Assembly: GCA_047967505.1 (NCBI GenBank)
Contig: CM106538.1
Strand: one strand, 5' to 3'
Source of the DNA: Dipteris shenzhenensis
Taxonomy: Eukaryota
DNA length: 64,000 nt
A model generated the notes under the pieces. It was not told the origin of the DNA and searched no databases. It saw nothing but the letters and a program-made list of their open reading frames with translations. The translations under genes were made by a program, and so were the position numbers. Positions within the stretch are counted from its first letter, which is position 1; every line of letters starts with the position of its first letter. Below, one piece after another: positions 61,747 to 64,000 of the stretch.

Positions 61747-63276
61747 AATAATATTGTTTAAGATCTCCAAACTTGGAACATAATTTTTAAACACCATAGC
61801 ATGTGAGGCATATTGATTAATTTCTGCTTTCAAACTTACTAAGGACTTTTTGGTATCTATCAAATTAAGTAAGAAATCCTTAATTAATGGACAATGAGAA
61901 GAATATTGATCATCTATTTAAAAGTATTAAATTTTTAAATTTTATACATTTGTATTCATTTGCATTCTTAAATCAAATCAAGGTTAAATCATCATTTATG
62001 AAATTTCACATTTTATAGTAGTGATGTCTTCAGTAAAACTCTCTTTCACTATGATATTGTCAAAAATTGAAAGTCTTTGAATTTTCAAGTTTAATGATCT
62101 TTAAAGTCATGCATATCTATTTTGAAGATTGAAACCATGTATCTTACCCTTACACAACAATTTACAAGATGTTGGCAAGTTTTTGATATAAATTTTGATG
62201 CAATTTGTGAAGAAGTAATTTTGCTCCTAGCTGGGGAAACATCAGCATTGATTTCAATATTTCCATCCATATAGGACCATCAATATAAATGTCACTTCTT
62301 GATGCCATGTTAACAAATACCTCGTTGGTATTAATCTTCCATCAACATTAAATGCTCTGAGCACAGTAGTAGAGAACAAAGGTTGAAGGTACAGCATAGG
62401 TCATGGCTTGAAAACCCAAGAACATGTTCTATGTACAAGGCTCACATTAGGAGGCAGCATGGCAGATCAAGGAGCTAAAGCTAAAGGACTTAATAAAAGC
62501 ATAAGTTATAGTAAAAGCATGGGAGTTTACCAATAAGAACCCTTAATCAAGAAATAAGATAACTTCAAGATAAGGGAAGGGCATAAACTGAAAAATCTTC
62601 TTCCTAAAGGTGCAAATAAGGAGTACTAGTGTCGTCCCTATGACAAAATAAATAACAACAAAACAATTAGCTCTATGCCTGAACTAATTGCCAAGATCCA
62701 AAACAATGCTTAATACAAGATCTTTACATTACACGCACCTTTATTAGTGTGTGCATGTGTGGGGGGGCAAGGGGAGCACGTGAATGCACAGGTAAGAGTG
62801 CGTGAACGCACAAGTGCATGCATGTGTGTGTGCATGGGCACATGAGTGTATGTTAAGTTTATCCTAAAATGTAAATAAAATTACTTTACGTTCAGATTGG
62901 ATATAAATAGGTGGTATCAAAGAACCCAAAAAGATATAATTGGGAACATCACTTGTTGATGATAGCATGGGTTCTTCTTTTTTAATGAGAATTTTCCATA
63001 CAAAGTTTAGGTTAAATCCACTTGATACATAAAAATAGAAACAAAATTGCAATCGCTTACCTTAAAAGAAGTTTATTTTCACTAAAAAATGTAGAGGTGG
63101 TGTCCCAGTGACCATTATGTAAGTTACAGGCTTTATTAGCACTTCCGAGGGGAAGCTCTAGCAAATACTTCTTAGTGCGATTTTATAACATTATTAAGGA
63201 CTGCTTATGTTGAACTAAAACACAGAGTGCTACACAGCAAATGTGCTCCCTTGTTTAGTGCGAGTGCATTACATGT

Positions 63277-64000
63277 TCAAACTGCTTGCACTATTTGGCT
63301 CTGAATGTTGGCATGCTGTGACCACCATTGCTCAATGCCGTGCGCTTTGGAGACTGAACGATCAGCAACGTGCAAGTGAGCACAAGGGAAGAGATGGAAA
63401 GGTTGGGACCCCGTCTTCTGTAAGATGGAGGCTACCAGGGCTCGCAAAATGTGGGGTGGCACTAATCGTCGAGAAGTAGCTACATGCGGAGCCATAAGCC
63501 CTGCTATCCCGCCCAAAATGGTGTCCCCGAGATGGGAGTTGCCGAAGTAGCCGATATAAGAAGAACATATCGGATCCTTTTTGTTTACGTAAAGATGCGG
63601 CTGCCAGTTCTTCAAAGCCAGGAAGTCGTCTTGTGTCTTCTTTAACCTTTCTTCCTTGTCGTGAAGCAGGCCCGCGATCATGTGAGCTCCACGACCGCCC
63701 TGTGCATAGCTTTCATTACGAAGTCGTCGTAGGCCAAGAAAGAGGGGAATGGCGGATTGAAGACGTGAGCATGGATGTAGAGTCCACGTTGCGCTAAATC
63801 CCGCCCTGCGAGTAAGATTATCGCAGCTCCCAGCGAGTGTCCTGTGACCCACGCTTGGCGCACACCATACTTCTTTATAGCTTGCCCGATTCCCATGAGA
63901 GAAGCCAAGTATCTGGGCTTGGTGTGGAGTTCCATCATCATCAAGAAGGCATCGTCCCTAAGATCGGAAATGTCGTTCAGGTTTGTTCCTCTGAACGCTA
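63277..64000 (-). pseudogene. Class-3 lipase / alpha-beta hydrolase (At4g10955-like) 3' part with a frameshift near 63700; 5' end outside the window
   Basis: AFRGT, WVTGHSLGAA and FNPPF in one frame; LYVNKKDPIC and AHGIEQWW in another. Confidence 0.85.

Overview
Repeat-dense eukaryotic DNA, most likely from a land plant (inferred from GT-AG introns, tRNA-iMet primer sites and an At4g10955-type lipase; species not determinable). It is almost entirely nested transposons. From left to right: two minus-strand LTR relics (1-3908); a Sola2-like transposase fragment (4.6-7 kb); a Copia (LTR 9300-9649, gag-protease) cut off by a decayed minus-strand Gypsy (11.5-20.7 kb); an old CACTA relic; and two oppositely oriented Sola2-like DNA transposons (21697-30850, 32777-40960). 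A minus-strand Copia (~32.2-58.6 kb) is split by the second Sola2-like element and by a 17-kb CACAA-ended CACTA-superfamily element (41244-58274, TSD TGA), which itself contains a 10.9-kb CACTA element (45416-56348, TSD TCA). Both CACTA-type elements carry transposase and a TnpA-like ORF2 head-to-head, and both repeat their own subterminal motif between the two genes. The inner element also holds a 2.9-kb array of palindromes inside the predicted 5'UTR intron of ORF2. A small hAT-like MITE family and a frameshifted class-3 lipase gene (right edge) complete the window. All calls were made by eye with no database search; coordinates marked ~ are approximate.
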